DNA of 63,776 bases, filler included. It is 10 parts of 10 records of this genome, joined end to end, with 100 filler letters (N's around TTAATTAATTAA, not from the genome) between each part and the next. Parts side by side here need not be neighbours in the genome. Positions count along the whole stretch, not along the records: positions 1 to 5,135 come from SRR31147125_269448; positions 5,236 to 13,194 come from SRR31147125_269681; 8 more parts are not named here. One strand, given 5' to 3'. Below the pieces are notes generated by a model. It ran no database searches. It saw only the letters and a program-made list of their open reading frames with translations, and was not told the origin of the DNA. Positions 1 to 11,825 of this stretch are shown here, piece after piece; position 1 is the first letter of the stretch, and every line of letters begins with the position of its first letter. The translations under genes were made by a program, and so were the position numbers.

Positions 1-23
1 CACACACACACACACACACACAC
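1..23. repeat. (CA)n microsatellite at contig end, inside a dynein intron
   Basis: Perfect CA tandem repeat following a GTACGT donor on the minus strand. Confidence 0.95.
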
Positions 24-41
24 GCCAACACCCAAACGTAC

Positions 42-3000
42 TGCCCCAAAGACTTTTGTATCTTGGCAAGCAAATCCGCAAGACGATCGAGAGAATGTTG
101 AATTCCTTCAATATTGAGCGTATCCATGACTTTGGGGTACTTGTAGACCTTACTCATCAGGGCCAGAAACTCATGATCGACAGACTAAATCGTTCCCATA
201 AAAACACAATCAAGGAGAGCAAAGAAAGGCGCACGTGGAACCGCTGGAACTCGTTGGGAAGTTGAGCCTTGATTTCGGCACTTCGACTGAAGATTCCTTC
301 CAAGTACACCCATCGACGCTGCACATCATGCCACACATCAAAAAGGGTGTGTACACGATTGAGCTTTGTCTCCCAAGCGACTACTTCCTCCTCAAACGGT
401 TTGTAGTAGGGGGACAGTTTCATCGATGCCAACGACTCAAGGTGTTCGGCGGCCTTGGCAAAGATGTCGTCCCAGCCACGAACCAACTTGCACTTGTTGT
501 GATAATTGACGAAATCCAGCACATACGTATTCCATGTCTCCTTGATGTGGTTCAAGTACTCCTCGAGGGCCACTTCCCCCTGAGTGGAGGTGAAAAGGTG
601 TGAACAAGCGTTGCGAAAACAAAACAGAGAGGAGGATGACACACTTGCGCCAACACAAAGACGTCCTTGAGATCGTGTGCATGGTCAAGTATGTTAGAAT
701 CGAGAACGGTGCCCAAAATGAGCTCTGGAAGGGTCCAGTGCAGTTTGCACCGGCTCATAATGGTCTTCCAGTGACGTTCCTTCAGAGCTTCACTCTTCAA
801 CTCCGCCACCAGAGGACTCATATCGTAGTATCGCTTGACAGTCTCCTCAATCTCTGCAAGGGCGGGGAGCTCGCGAATACTGGCAGGAAGCGAATCAAGT
901 TTGTGAAGTGCTTCCTTGAAGGTCGGTCGTAGTTTTCGGGGGGCCACCTGTTGCCTGGGCGTAAACAGACACACAAAAGAGAACAAACACGAACACAAGA
1001 CGTGCCTCAAGCCACGGAGTGTCCTTGAGTTCAGTGATTCCTGTCATCAGAGATTGTACTTCTGACCACATATCGGAAAGACCGTGGAGGTCGTCGTTCA
1101 GTTCCACCAGCTTGTCCACACACCTTATGCAATAATACAGAGTTACACATGCGTCAGCAATCCCCACGACCTACTTAAGGGGAAGGTTGACATCAAGCGC
1201 CTGATTGGCTTGGGCGATGAAGTCATAGGCATCAACGAGCGGTCCCAAACGATCTTCGTAGGAATGAAGACACCGAAGGGCCTCAGCGGGCGATATGGTC
1301 CCGGACACAGGCTTGTCTCTCTCCCAGTCCCTGCGGAATTGATCGATCTTGGTCTCTACCGCCTGAAATCCCAGGGGGTCATTCCTCCACCACGACACGT
1401 ACGCATACGCACTTGTGCTTCGGTAATGATTCTGTCACGTATCACATTAGCATGTGAGGACATTGACTGGTTCACGCGATCAAAGATGCTGTTGAATGCA
1501 CTCATCTCTCCTTCAACCAGGTCAGAATCAATCCAATTCTTGGGGAATTTGAACTTGTGACGTCGAAGAAGGGCATAACCCTCTTCCATCTCCTTGGCAG
1601 CGGCATTCCACGTCTCAGCCTCGGCCTTCAAGCTCGCCATCTTGCCAAACATCTCCACCATATCACTCAAGGAGCTTGTCTCGAGGTTGAAAGCTTCCAG
1701 TTGACTTCGAGCCGCAGCCACGGACGATACCAGTGAAGTGGCATTGTCTCCTACAATGCGACCGTAACTCTGTGTCGCATTTCGGAGGAGAGACTCCAAC
1801 CTAACGCGTCACCAATGAACCAGAGCTATGCGAAGGTATGGGAACGACGCACTTGACGGTGACACTGTCCTCCACTTCACGGCTGTCAAGAAAGACGGAT
1901 CCGAAAATAGACTCAATTGCCGTAGTTTCCAATTGTTTGCGACTTTGGTGCAGTCGCTCGAGGAAGGCACGCCAGGAGGATAAATCACTTCCCAGTTGTG
2001 CAAAAAGACGTTCGGGATCCTGTTTTCGTGTTCAGTCCTCCCTCCCTCCCTGTATCGCAACGTACAAGAATCCAGAGATATTGAAAGCCATCCCAATACT
2101 GCACTGTACTCCACAATGCACCAAGAACCTTTTCAATCTCGTCGTAAGCGGCCCGGATCACCCCAATCTTGATCGAACTCTCTTTGCGCCATAGGTCCCA
2201 GTGGGTTTGAGGCAAGACCATCGCGTACGGAGCGCGAAGGGGGCGTTGATCACAAATAATACCCATCCATGTTCGGAACTGTTGATACAGAGCGGTCCGT
2301 ACACTCTCCACGGGAGGGTCTACAAGAATCTAGTGGCAACGAATCAGAACAACTCCCCGAGGACACAAGGCAACGTACCGCTTTGTTGGTTACACGAACG
2401 CGAAGCTCAATAGGCTGAAGCGGGGCATCACTCCCATCATCCGGGGCCGGGGTGTCAATGGACTCTAAGCGGAAACGACTCCGTGAAAGCCGATCGTGGA
2501 AGATTGTCTTTCCTTTAGCCAACTCGCTAGACCAGAAGGCGGCTGCTTCTTGGAAGCGACCTCGAAGAACACTTTCCAGGCGTTTGTTCACATGTGAAAT
2601 CCACGCGTCCAGGTTTCGATACGTTTCGTCGTCCAGGCTATTCACGAGAAGCTGCATAGCTGCACAATGCGACAATGCGAACGTTATTCCCTACGGACAA
2701 TACAATGCTACGAGTCTTACCCTCCAATTCGTCTGTAAGTAGAATACGCTTCAGGGGACACTCTTGAAGTACTCTCAAGTGTCTTTCCAGGGCCTCTTCG
2801 ATGGCTACCAGCTCCTGAATGCGGTTTGCAAAGACTTCAACTCCGTACGCCATCTTCTGGGCATACTCCACAAGGGATCCCGATCCCCAACGCAGATGGG
2901 TTCCTTCTCGTGCACAGAGTCAACGCAATAGCATCCCCACACCCCACACCTCCCACACCTTCAGAAATGAGTTTCTGTACTTCTGCATGTGGTGTATCGA

Positions 3001-5094
3001 GGAGAACCCGAATCCCTTCATGCATGTGCCCACTCGCCTGGACATAGGCACGTGCTGCCTCTTGAAGGAGAACCAGAGTATCGTGGAGCGCTCCCACACG
3101 CTGTGCCTTCTCCACAACATCTTCTGGCATTGGGAATCCGTAGGTATCCAACAATTGTACCTAACAATAAGTAAGTGCATGCTTCAAACGTGGGAAGGGT
3201 ACCTCGCGGGGAAGGTCAAACACTTCAGGGCTGAAGTTCACCATCAGCTGAAAAGAACCCTTGAAACCGATGATGGCAAAGATGGGTTCCTTGGCATTCA
3301 AATCCCAGTGTTGCACGCTCTTGATCCATCCCTTAACAAACTTGAAGCACATTCAAAGGACGAATGAGGTCATGCTGGCGGGACGGAACATCCCTCACCA
3401 AACTGATTCCCAGGCGATTGTGGAAGGCATCCACTTGTCCTTTGAGCGTTTGTCCAGCAACATCTGTGGACCATTCTTTCCCAAGGACGAGTTCTAGACG
3501 TCCCACATTTTCGTCCAATTTCGCCAGAAGTTGTTTGGCCCATACCACCGTAGCTGTGATCAGGCGTGCCGTGATGTCACCAAGGACGTACTCATTGCAC
3601 AAGGTACGCACATGCTACAGGTGGCAAACCGCGAATCACTGTCATGCCCACAGCGGAGGTTGGATCCTCGATCTTGTCGGCCAGGTTGTCCACGTCTTCA
3701 CGGACTCGGTCAATCAGAAGGGGCTTGTATTCCAGTACGACAGCACGGACCTTTGTGGAGGAGACAGTAAGACACGAGGAAATCGAACCCAGCCAACCAA
3801 ACCAAACGTACCGCCGGTCGGACGAGAAGAACCCGAAACTTGAAGAGAATACGAAACATTTCACTCACATTCTTGGTGCTGTCGAGTGCTTGACGAAGAA
3901 AATCTACGAACTGAATATCGAGGGCCTGCACAAGCTCGTCATACCGCTTCAGGGCCGCTTCCCAGGCCTCTTGCCCCTCTGTGGAAAGGTGAGCCTCACC
4001 AACGAAACCACACAAAGTACCTTCGGATGTATCCAGCACGTCAATGGAGGCAACATACTCAAAGGCAGCATCCACATCACGCAGTGTGGGAGCACCGCGT
4101 CCATATCTATTGAGACGAATCAAACACGTCGGGATACACACATGCATTCAAAGGAAACACACAACACGCACGATCTGTCTTGCAAGGAAGAGACAACAAA
4201 CTTGAAAGCCTTTCGCAGCTCGTCGTCTTGAAATCGGAAGGCATGAAGATCGTGTAACCGTCTCTCAAGAGGTTCTTGACTAAACTTGTGCCACTGGAAC
4301 CACTGGGCCGGGATGGCATCATGACACTGTCATGGTACGACACGATACGAACCTCCTTGAATGCAGTGGGAGCTTTCTCTCCACGTTTCTTCACTACATT
4401 CTTCACCGTGCTCTCAAAGATCCCGACTTGCGTATTCCATACATCAAACGAGGACATACATTCCGTGTGCAACTGGATTGTCGTTGGTGTACGTGCTTGT
4501 GTATCGCTGCTGGGACATGTACGCACTTCCACAAATTCCCGAAAAGGTAATCGCATGATATCCTTGCCCTCAAGAACCTTCACCATCTGGCCTGTGTGAT
4601 CCCGTGACAACCCAATGATAAGCTGACACGCCCGCGGCAAGGGATAACGCGTGGTGCGTAGTCGTTCCATATGTGCAAAGCACTTGACGATAGCATCCGT
4701 CACACGGTCGATGGTAGCAGCGCCCGTCAGCTCGCTCACAGGGAATTCATTCAGGAGTAGGTTATAATCCATGACTATGGGAGGGTGTGAATCAAACGAG
4801 AATCGTGACGCATGCGCGGCGTGGCGTACCTGTTGCAAGTGCTTGCCTGAGAGCCTGTTCCTCGAATCCGATTCGTGTGATCGCATTCACACGGCCAACG
4901 CTTTTCAACATCTCCAATGTGAATTCTTGTACGGAATGAAGGAATTCCCCAGGCAGAGAGATACCACGAACACATAAGGGGTGGGGGGGATACGGACTTC
5001 TTGACTCTTTAGTTGTTCCTGGATGGCCTTGAGTGCTTTCTCGAAATTCAACCAGAATCCCACTTCTTGCACCACGCCACCTTGTGATGCATCG
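42..5094 (-). CDS. DYNC1H1: Cytoplasmic dynein-1 heavy chain, partial (tail DHC_N1 into DHC_N2 linker); about 21 exons
   Basis: Manually spliced exons give [70 protein letters not shown] and [16 protein letters not shown], collinear with cytoplasmic dynein heavy chains; introns are GT-AG (one GC-AG), e.g. 580-644. Confidence 0.95.
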
Positions 5095-5106
5095 CTACGT
5101 GGGGGT

Positions 5107-5135
5107 TGAATGAATGAATGAATGAATGAATGAAT
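5107..5135. repeat. (TGAA)n microsatellite at contig end
   Basis: Seven tandem TGAA units. Confidence 0.95.
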
Positions 5136-5235
5136 NNNNNNNNNNNNNNNNNNNNNNNNNNNNNNNNNNNNNNNNNNNNTTAATTAATTAANNNNNNNNN
5201 NNNNNNNNNNNNNNNNNNNNNNNNNNNNNNNNNNN
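5136..5235. other. Artificial contig linker (N-run, TTAATTAATTAA, N-run)
   Basis: 100-nt spacer with stops in all six frames; identical at 9 positions. Confidence 0.99.
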
Positions 5236-5861
5236 GTAAAAAGCGGCGTCAGGATCGAATAGAGCAGCCCGTAGATATGGATCGGGCTCACGGTCGCCAC
5301 CAGCCGGTCCTGCTCGGTGACGTCGTAATAGGAAATGATCGACATCGTCTCGGCCAGCAGGTTGCGAACCGTCTTGGTCCACATTTTGGGGGCGCCGGTG
5401 GTGCCGCCGGTAAACAGGCGCACCCATTCATCTTCCGCCTGTTTCGGTGAAAGCAATTCGGGCGCCGGCCAGCTCACCTCATTTGCTTGGGGAATCACGC
5501 ATCCGATTCCCTCCGGTACGGGAAGCGTCCGGTCCGTCACCACATGCCGGTAGTCGATCAGTTGCCGCAATTCGGACAACACCTGCTCGGAGAAGGCATA
5601 CGGCAGGATCAGAACCGGTCCGCCGGCCAGCGAGGCCAGCAGGGCTGCCGAAACCACTGTCTTGTCCTGAGTACACAAACAGGCGTACGGCGTATCGGCA
5701 CCATTTAGAAAATAGTTCCGGAGAAAGGCGGCCATCTCGTACAACTCGGCAAAGGTGGCGCCGTCATGTATAAACTCCTTTTTGGAATGACGGGGCCCCT
5801 GCAACACCTGATGTATCGTCCGATTCAACTCCGTCTCGCTTCTGGAATATGTCACGTTCAC
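5236..5861 (-). CDS. AMP-binding acyl-CoA/acyl-ACP ligase family protein, 3' partial
   Basis: ANL-superfamily P-loop motif FTGGTTGAPK and ATVSPIHIYGLLYSIL. Confidence 0.85.
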
Positions 5862-6051
5862 CTCTTGCAGCAGTGTCGTTGAATTTTATTGAGCGTACTT
5901 ATATGCCCGTTGCCCGGGTGTCAACTCGCCCATCTTTACTTAGCCGGTGGGTATCAAATCCGCACCGGAAATGACCTTGACACGGTCTGATTAACTCTCT
6001 ATGTGTTTGCGTTAATCTTTCACCGATCAAAAAGATAGGAATAGACACCTC

Positions 6052-7146
6052 GTGCAGTGCAAACCGATATACGACACCAATTTTGAGTTTCCCGAAGACG
6101 TTATCGAGCAGGCCGTAAGCCACGGACGCCTGCTCTCCATGGAGATTGAGTTCAGCCTGCGCTGCAACTTCAAATGTCCCTACTGTTATGTTCCGCGCGA
6201 GGACCAGCTTCAGGATGAGATGACGCATGACGAAATCAGGGCCGTCATTCTCCAGGCAAAAGCGCTGGGAGCAACCAAAATCATCGTCCTGGGCGGTGAG
6301 CCTTCCATCTATCCCGACACAATAAAATTAATTGATTTTATTCGGAATCAGGGACTGACGGTGGAGATGTTCACCAACGGCAGCGGGGTAACGCGCGAAT
6401 TTGCCGAAAAACTTCACTCGCTGGAAGCTCGTGTCGTTTTGAAGATGAACTCCTTCGACAGGGGGAAACAGAATCGCCTCTCCGGCCATCCCGATGCCTA
6501 CCGGATCATCCACAACGCGTTGAAGAACCTGAAGTCGGCCGGGTACCCGTCCCGGGACCGCTTCCTGGCCGTCAGCTCGATCATCTGCCGCCAGAACATC
6601 GAGGAACTGCCACGGATGTGGCAGTGGCTGCGTGAGCAGCATATCGTGCCCTATTTCGAGATGATCACCCCCCAGTCCAATGCCCGCCTGAATGAGTGGC
6701 TCTATGTGGCACCAGCGGATCTGGAACTCTTTTTTGGAAAAATTGCGGAGATCGACCATCGGATGTTCGGTCGCACGTGGGACATTCAGCCCCCATTGGT
6801 GGGAAACAAGTGCATGCGCCACCAGTTCTCCTGCCTGGTCACTTCAAAGGGAGAGGTTCATCCATGCGTCGGGGTCACCCTCTCCATGGGAAACATTCGA
6901 AAAGAGCCGCTGGCCGACATTCTTTCCAACAGCCAGGTGCTGAAAGATCTGAAAAACTACCGCAACACGATCAAAGGTCCTTGCAGAGAATGTGAGCAGG
7001 CCGACTCGTGCTACGGCTGCCGGGGTGCGGCCTATCAAATGACGGGCGACTACCTGGCATCCGACCCGCTATGTTGGCGCAATTGCAACACCACGGGAGA
7101 GATGCCGGCTACGCCGGCAGGTTATCGTGTACCGGCCTGCCGATAA
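6052..7146 (+). CDS. Radical SAM protein with SPASM domain
   Basis: CxxxCxxC (CNFKCPYC), GGEP, FTNG; C-terminal CMRHQFSC...HPC...CRECEQADSCYGCR...DPLC cysteine pattern. Confidence 0.93.
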   Translation: MQCKPIYDTNFEFPEDVIEQAVSHGRLLSMEIEFSLRCNFKCPYCYVPREDQLQDEMTHDEIRAVILQAKALGATKIIVLGGEPSIYPDTIKLIDFIRNQGLTVEMFTNGSGVTREFAEKLHSLEARVVLKMNSFDRGKQNRLSGHPDAYRIIHNALKNLKSAGYPSRDRFLAVSSIICRQNIEELPRMWQWLREQHIVPYFEMITPQSNARLNEWLYVAPADLELFFGKIAEIDHRMFGRTWDIQPPLVGNKCMRHQFSCLVTSKGEVHPCVGVTLSMGNIRKEPLADILSNSQVLKDLKNYRNTIKGPCRECEQADSCYGCRGAAYQMTGDYLASDPLCWRNCNTTGEMPATPAGYRVPACR

Positions 7147-7911
7147 GCTCGGCCAGAGGTTGAATCTTCAATCCCATCCCCCTCAGCCCCTCGACAATGG
7201 CGGCCACTTCTCTTAGCCATCGATCAAGATCGTCTCTTCGGGGGGAGGGCTGTCGTGAAGCATAATGATATCTCCGGGTTTGACACGCTTGAGAATGCGG
7301 CGGGCGATATGGGCAATGGAACGGTTGCCACGGTCCCACGCCTGACAGCTGAAAGTAACGGCGTCCATTTTCAGTTCGGCAAGGGCCCGGCCCATGGCCG
7401 GGTAGGTGATACCAACCGGTGGCCGAAACAGGCGCGGTGTCACGCCTTGTTTGGAAATCACCTTCTGTGTGGCAACGATCTCATCCAGCACCCGTTGTCC
7501 GCCCTTGAAAGCCGCCCATGTATCGTGATGGAAACCATGGTTGCCGACGGTGTGCCCTTCATCCAGGATGGCCTTGACAAGATCCGGGCGGGACGAGGCC
7601 CGCTCACCTATCACAAAGAAAGTGGCCGGTACCCCATAACGTTGCAGAAGTTGCAGCAGCGCCGGGGTGGTCGTGGCATTGGGGCCGTCGTCAAAGGTCA
7701 GCGCCACGGCGCCACGGCCTGGGTTGCCCCGGCTGGTCACCGGCAGGAAGAGACCCAATCGATGCACAAACGGCGCCATCAGCAAGAGCAAAAGCAAGAG
7801 CGTCAACGGCACCAAAGCAAAGGCCGGGTCGATCAGTGCCAACAGCAGCGACACCAGCAGCGCTGCCAAGCCGAGCTTTTGTACTTTGGTCAATCGCCCC
7901 AAATCACTCAC
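7109..7911 (-). CDS. Membrane-anchored polysaccharide deacetylase (NodB/CE4); frameshift in G-run near 7240
   Basis: ALTFDDGP, ATFFVIG, GHTVGNHGFHH, LFRPPVG, IIMLHD motifs; C-terminus continues in ORF 7109-7339; GTG start overlaps the MMPL stop. Confidence 0.88.
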
Positions 7912-10900
7912 CTTGCCGTTTCGCCTCATTGACCGCCAGCACCCACAGTAAATCTCCGTTCCGTCCGCCCGGTTCGGTATGCGCCACCTTGAAGCCGCTA
8001 TGCGCAAGGAGGCTTAGGATCTCCCCTTCTGAACGAAAAAACGTCTCCAGGCCGTTGAGCTTGTTCCTGATTCGATCGACCCACCAGTAGCCTACGCCTC
8101 TGCGCTCAACCGGCATGACGCAACGCATTTTAAGGGGTGCGCGATCGGCCAATTTTTGATGCAGCCGTCGGAAGGTGAGCATCAACTGGTCATCGGACAG
8201 ATAGTGCAGCATGTCCAGTATGAAAGCACCGTCGGCGCCCTCCGGGGCCGGCGGGAGTTCGGGGGCTAAACCGCCGACCACTTTTCCTTGGCTGCCCAGC
8301 GCCAGGTTGGCCACACGGACCCGGTCCTCGTCGGGTTCGATACCGTAGATATTCACCCCTGGATATGATTCGGCCAGCCAGCAGGCCGGCACGCCATACC
8401 CGGTGCCGATATCCAGGAGAACCTCAGGGGGCTTTTCAAATTTCAGATGACCGGACAACTCATCAAAGAGCGGGTCCAGGCGCACTTTGAAACGGGCGAA
8501 GAGTCTGGCGTGGGGCTCCAGTCTGCGGTAGCGCGCAACGACCCTCGTCCTCACGTCGTCCGCTTCGTTTTTCGCATCTGAAGGCCTTTCAAACTGGCGC
8601 TTCAACAAGGGCGGCAGGATCAGAAACACCCCCAGTACCGAATAGGCAATGCCCAGTGAAGAGGCGATACCGGCGCTTTTAAGAAGCGCGTGGTCGGCTC
8701 CGGCCAGAACGCCGAACCCGATCAACGTGGAGGCTGCCGTCATAAACACCGCCGAACGAATCAGTCGGAAAGAGGGGTGGTCGGCGCGACCATATCGCTG
8801 GTAGGAGCGCACCATGAATAGGGAGTAATCGATGCCCATCCCCAGGACCACCACAGCGAGAATCAATGCCGGCAGATCCAGAGACCGCCCCATCAGATTC
8901 AGGGTGCCCAGTGTGCAGATCATGGCAAAAACGACGGGTGCGAGGGCAGTCAAAGCGAGCTTCAAATCGAGGAAGAAGATCAACAACAGCACCACCACAG
9001 CCGACCCGACGATCCAGAGCAGACGCACGAAAGTATGTACCATCAGATGCCCCAACTGCTCCGAAAAGAGGTTGGGGTCGAAAATGCGCGCCAGCGTTCC
9101 GAAACGCTTGTAAAAAAAATCTCCCCGGTAGTCGGCCGGCAGGCTCAGGCTGGCGAATTGCCGCCATTTTTCGCCGCCCTCTCCACCTGAGATACTCATC
9201 AAGGCCTTTACAGACTTGGGAATGGCAGGGACCGCCAGTCTTTCTTCCGGGCGAACCAGACTGAGAAAAAAAGGATCGAACGCCTTTTCGGTGAATCCGG
9301 CCCCACGGCCGAAGATGCGCAAATTCTCCTTCAGCGTATCGATGCGCCCGGCGTCCCAGAAAGCGGTCCAGGCTGCCAGGTTTTCACTTCTCCGGACCTG
9401 GCCCGGAAAAAGCATCGACGGTAAAAAAACCTGATCAATCAGCCGCTGATCGGTATCGGCCTCCATGGCTGCCAGGAGACGATCGTTTTTATCCTGCAAA
9501 TCGGCGATCGTGTCGGCCTCTGTCAGGACGAACACTTTGCTGAAAATATCGCCCCATACCGAAGCGACGCGCTGCTCGGCCTCACGCGTTGCAGAGCTCA
9601 CCGTGTTCATGGCGCTCAGGTCCATATTGAAACCGGGTGCCGCAAAAAAGATCATAAAGAGAAAGATCACCAGGGCCGCTACGGCTCCCTTGTATCCCAT
9701 GGAGAACAGGCGGTCCGCCACTTTCGGCAGGGGCAGCGCCCGCTCTTTAGCGGCCTTCAGGGCAGGAAAGATCTTCGGGAAGATGGTGTGCACGAAGAGA
9801 AAAGAGAAGCATATCCCAAGGGCTGTAAAAAGCCCCAGTTGTTGAAGAATGAGAAAATCCCCGATCATCAGCGCACCGAACGCGCCAATGGTGGTCAACA
9901 CGGCCAGTAGCCCCACGGCCCAGACTTCTCTGGAGGCCCTCTTGCCGAACGAATGACGGGGACGGTCGAGAAAAAGCAGATATGCAATGCCATGGTCTAC
10001 CGTAATGGAGATAATGGCGCCGCCGAAGCCCAGCACCATGATGGAGATGCTCGGCTTTATCATGGAGAATACAAAGAAGGCGGTCAGTGTACCGACTACG
10101 GCCGGCAGCAGAGAGAGCAGGCCGATCAGCGGCCTTGGAAAAGCCAGCATGAGCAGAATTGCAATACCGATGGAAGAGAAGATAATCGCGCGCTGCACAT
10201 CACTGCGCACGATGGTCTCATTGTCGAGCGCCGCGCGATAGGCACCTACCGGCGTGAGCGTCACCCCGATACCCTGGGCAGCGAATTGTGTTTCGATCTG
10301 AGCTCCGATACGCTCCAGTTCGGTGGCCAACCGCGCGGCGAATGCCGTGTCCGTCCCGGAAGCGATCGGTGTGGCCATCACCAGCAGGTGGCGGTCGTCC
10401 CCTGATATTAGCTGACCTTTGTAGACCCTGGCTGTTTGCGTCGGGGCGAGCCGAAGCAATTTGCCCAGAACGATATCTTTCAACCCCAGGGGATCTTTAG
10501 AGATGGCAGCCGCCTGTCCGATGGCGTCCATCTGCAGCAGGCCCTCACGCAGCAGTCGCATGCGGCGCTCGACGGCCTCAGGGGAGAGCAGCGGAGCAAC
10601 CCGCTGCTCCAGCTCATCGGCCGTAAAGAGAACCGGCAAGTTGTCCGATACGATCTTCATCAGCAGCGGCAGCCCACCGGAGATGTCTTCCATGCCGGCG
10701 CTTTTGAAAAGATCGCTCTCTTTCAGCGCCGTCTCCACCGCCCGGCCGCAGCTTACCAGAGCATCGGGATCGGCCTGTTCGATCCCCACATCGATGGTCA
10801 GTTGATCCTGGAAAGGATGGTTTTTGAAAATGTGCACAGCGTCCCGAATCACCGGATCGCCCTGAGGCAGAGAGGAGACAATGTCGGTATCGATCTCGAT

Positions 10901-10984
10901 TCTTTGCCAGCCGACAGCGAAAAGTCCAGCCGCGACAACGAGGACAATGATCAGCAAGGGAAAATTGGTGCGTGAAGATTTCAT
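7904..10984 (-). CDS. MMPL/RND-family exporter fused to a C-terminal class I SAM methyltransferase
   Basis: Two TM bundles with ISITVDHGI and LGMGIDYSLF motifs; C-terminal LLDIGTGYG and LDMLHYL; ATG at 10984 overlaps the upstream TGA. Confidence 0.9.
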   Translation of the reverse strand: MKSSRTNFPLLIIVLVVAAGLFAVGWQRIEIDTDIVSSLPQGDPVIRDAVHIFKNHPFQDQLTIDVGIEQADPDALVSCGRAVETALKESDLFKSAGMEDISGGLPLLMKIVSDNLPVLFTADELEQRVAPLLSPEAVERRMRLLREGLLQMDAIGQAAAISKDPLGLKDIVLGKLLRLAPTQTARVYKGQLISGDDRHLLVMATPIASGTDTAFAARLATELERIGAQIETQFAAQGIGVTLTPVGAYRAALDNETIVRSDVQRAIIFSSIGIAILLMLAFPRPLIGLLSLLPAVVGTLTAFFVFSMIKPSISIMVLGFGGAIISITVDHGIAYLLFLDRPRHSFGKRASREVWAVGLLAVLTTIGAFGALMIGDFLILQQLGLFTALGICFSFLFVHTIFPKIFPALKAAKERALPLPKVADRLFSMGYKGAVAALVIFLFMIFFAAPGFNMDLSAMNTVSSATREAEQRVASVWGDIFSKVFVLTEADTIADLQDKNDRLLAAMEADTDQRLIDQVFLPSMLFPGQVRRSENLAAWTAFWDAGRIDTLKENLRIFGRGAGFTEKAFDPFFLSLVRPEERLAVPAIPKSVKALMSISGGEGGEKWRQFASLSLPADYRGDFFYKRFGTLARIFDPNLFSEQLGHLMVHTFVRLLWIVGSAVVVLLLIFFLDLKLALTALAPVVFAMICTLGTLNLMGRSLDLPALILAVVVLGMGIDYSLFMVRSYQRYGRADHPSFRLIRSAVFMTAASTLIGFGVLAGADHALLKSAGIASSLGIAYSVLGVFLILPPLLKRQFERPSDAKNEADDVRTRVVARYRRLEPHARLFARFKVRLDPLFDELSGHLKFEKPPEVLLDIGTGYGVPACWLAESYPGVNIYGIEPDEDRVRVANLALGSQGKVVGGLAPELPPAPEGADGAFILDMLHYLSDDQLMLTFRRLHQKLADRAPLKMRCVMPVERRGVGYWWVDRIRNKLNGLETFFRSEGEILSLLAHSGFKVAHTEPGGRNGDLLWVLAVNEAKRQGE

Positions 10985-11718
10985 CAGTTCCGGGCCACCA
11001 CCTCTGCCGCAATCCATAAGAGAAGAGCAAGCCCCGCCAGATGCAGGGCAATCACCCACGCCTTGTTGCGATGGTAAAACTCGTTTGCCTTTTGAATACG
11101 CCGAAGCCCGCCGAACCAACGACGGAATCGATCCAACGCCCTGCGCCGCACGTTGTCCGAAGCGGCATCGCTCTGGAAGGCAAAGGCCGGGCTGACGATG
11201 AAACAGGGGGCATTCAAGCGGCTCAACATAACATCGAACGGAATGTTCCGCCACGGTTTTTCAGCCACGAGCAACGCAAACGACCTGTTGATGGCGTAGG
11301 CATGGGTCAGGCAGCGGTAGTCCACGCTACGAACCGCCGGCACATCGGTAGGCCTGCTTCGTTTAACGATACATCCCAGGAACAGAATGGCCCAGTCGGG
11401 GCACTTCTCAAGAAAAGCGATGCTCTGCTCAAATCGGGCAGGATCATATCGCTCGAAAACCACGTCGTCTTCAAAAATCAAAATATGGCGGGCACCGGCG
11501 TCAAGGCCGTCGCGGAGGCATTTGAGGTGAGATTCGTAAATACCCTGCTCAGAGTCTGTGGAATGCCGATCGACCAGCATGAACTGCACCCGCTCAGCAA
11601 TCCCTATCCGCTCAAACTGCCCCAGCGCCTCTTCGCGTCGATCGGTCCGTTCTTTAACGGAGATACAGTAGATACGGTCGAAAAATTCCCATACGGCCGA
11701 AGTCGATTCCTTTTTCAT
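10984..11718 (-). CDS. Glycosyltransferase family 25 (LPS/lipid GT-A) protein
   Basis: FDRIYCISVKERTDRR, GIYESH, ILIFEDDV, THAYAIN motifs; C-terminal TM segment. Confidence 0.85.
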   Translation of the reverse strand: MKKESTSAVWEFFDRIYCISVKERTDRREEALGQFERIGIAERVQFMLVDRHSTDSEQGIYESHLKCLRDGLDAGARHILIFEDDVVFERYDPARFEQSIAFLEKCPDWAILFLGCIVKRSRPTDVPAVRSVDYRCLTHAYAINRSFALLVAEKPWRNIPFDVMLSRLNAPCFIVSPAFAFQSDAASDNVRRRALDRFRRWFGGLRRIQKANEFYHRNKAWVIALHLAGLALLLWIAAEVVARN

Positions 11719-11825
11719 TAAAAGCCTTTACCTAAAAAACTTGATTGCCATGGCGGATATCGCATATTACCTTTCCGGTAAACGTGATGGCAGTATAGAT
11801 CGCATAGGAGCAGCCCCGTATCAAT

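Noticed and set aside
42-5094. Stop-codon reassignment or a dynein pseudogene, suggested by the many short ORFs
   Set aside because: The breaks I traced are explained by GT-AG or GC-AG introns; the spliced exons read without in-frame stops in the standard code.
10985-11254. Cys-rich N-terminal extension of the MMPL ORF (1116 aa)
   Set aside because: It overlaps the GT25 gene in another frame; ATG 10984, coupled to the GT25 stop, is the more plausible start.
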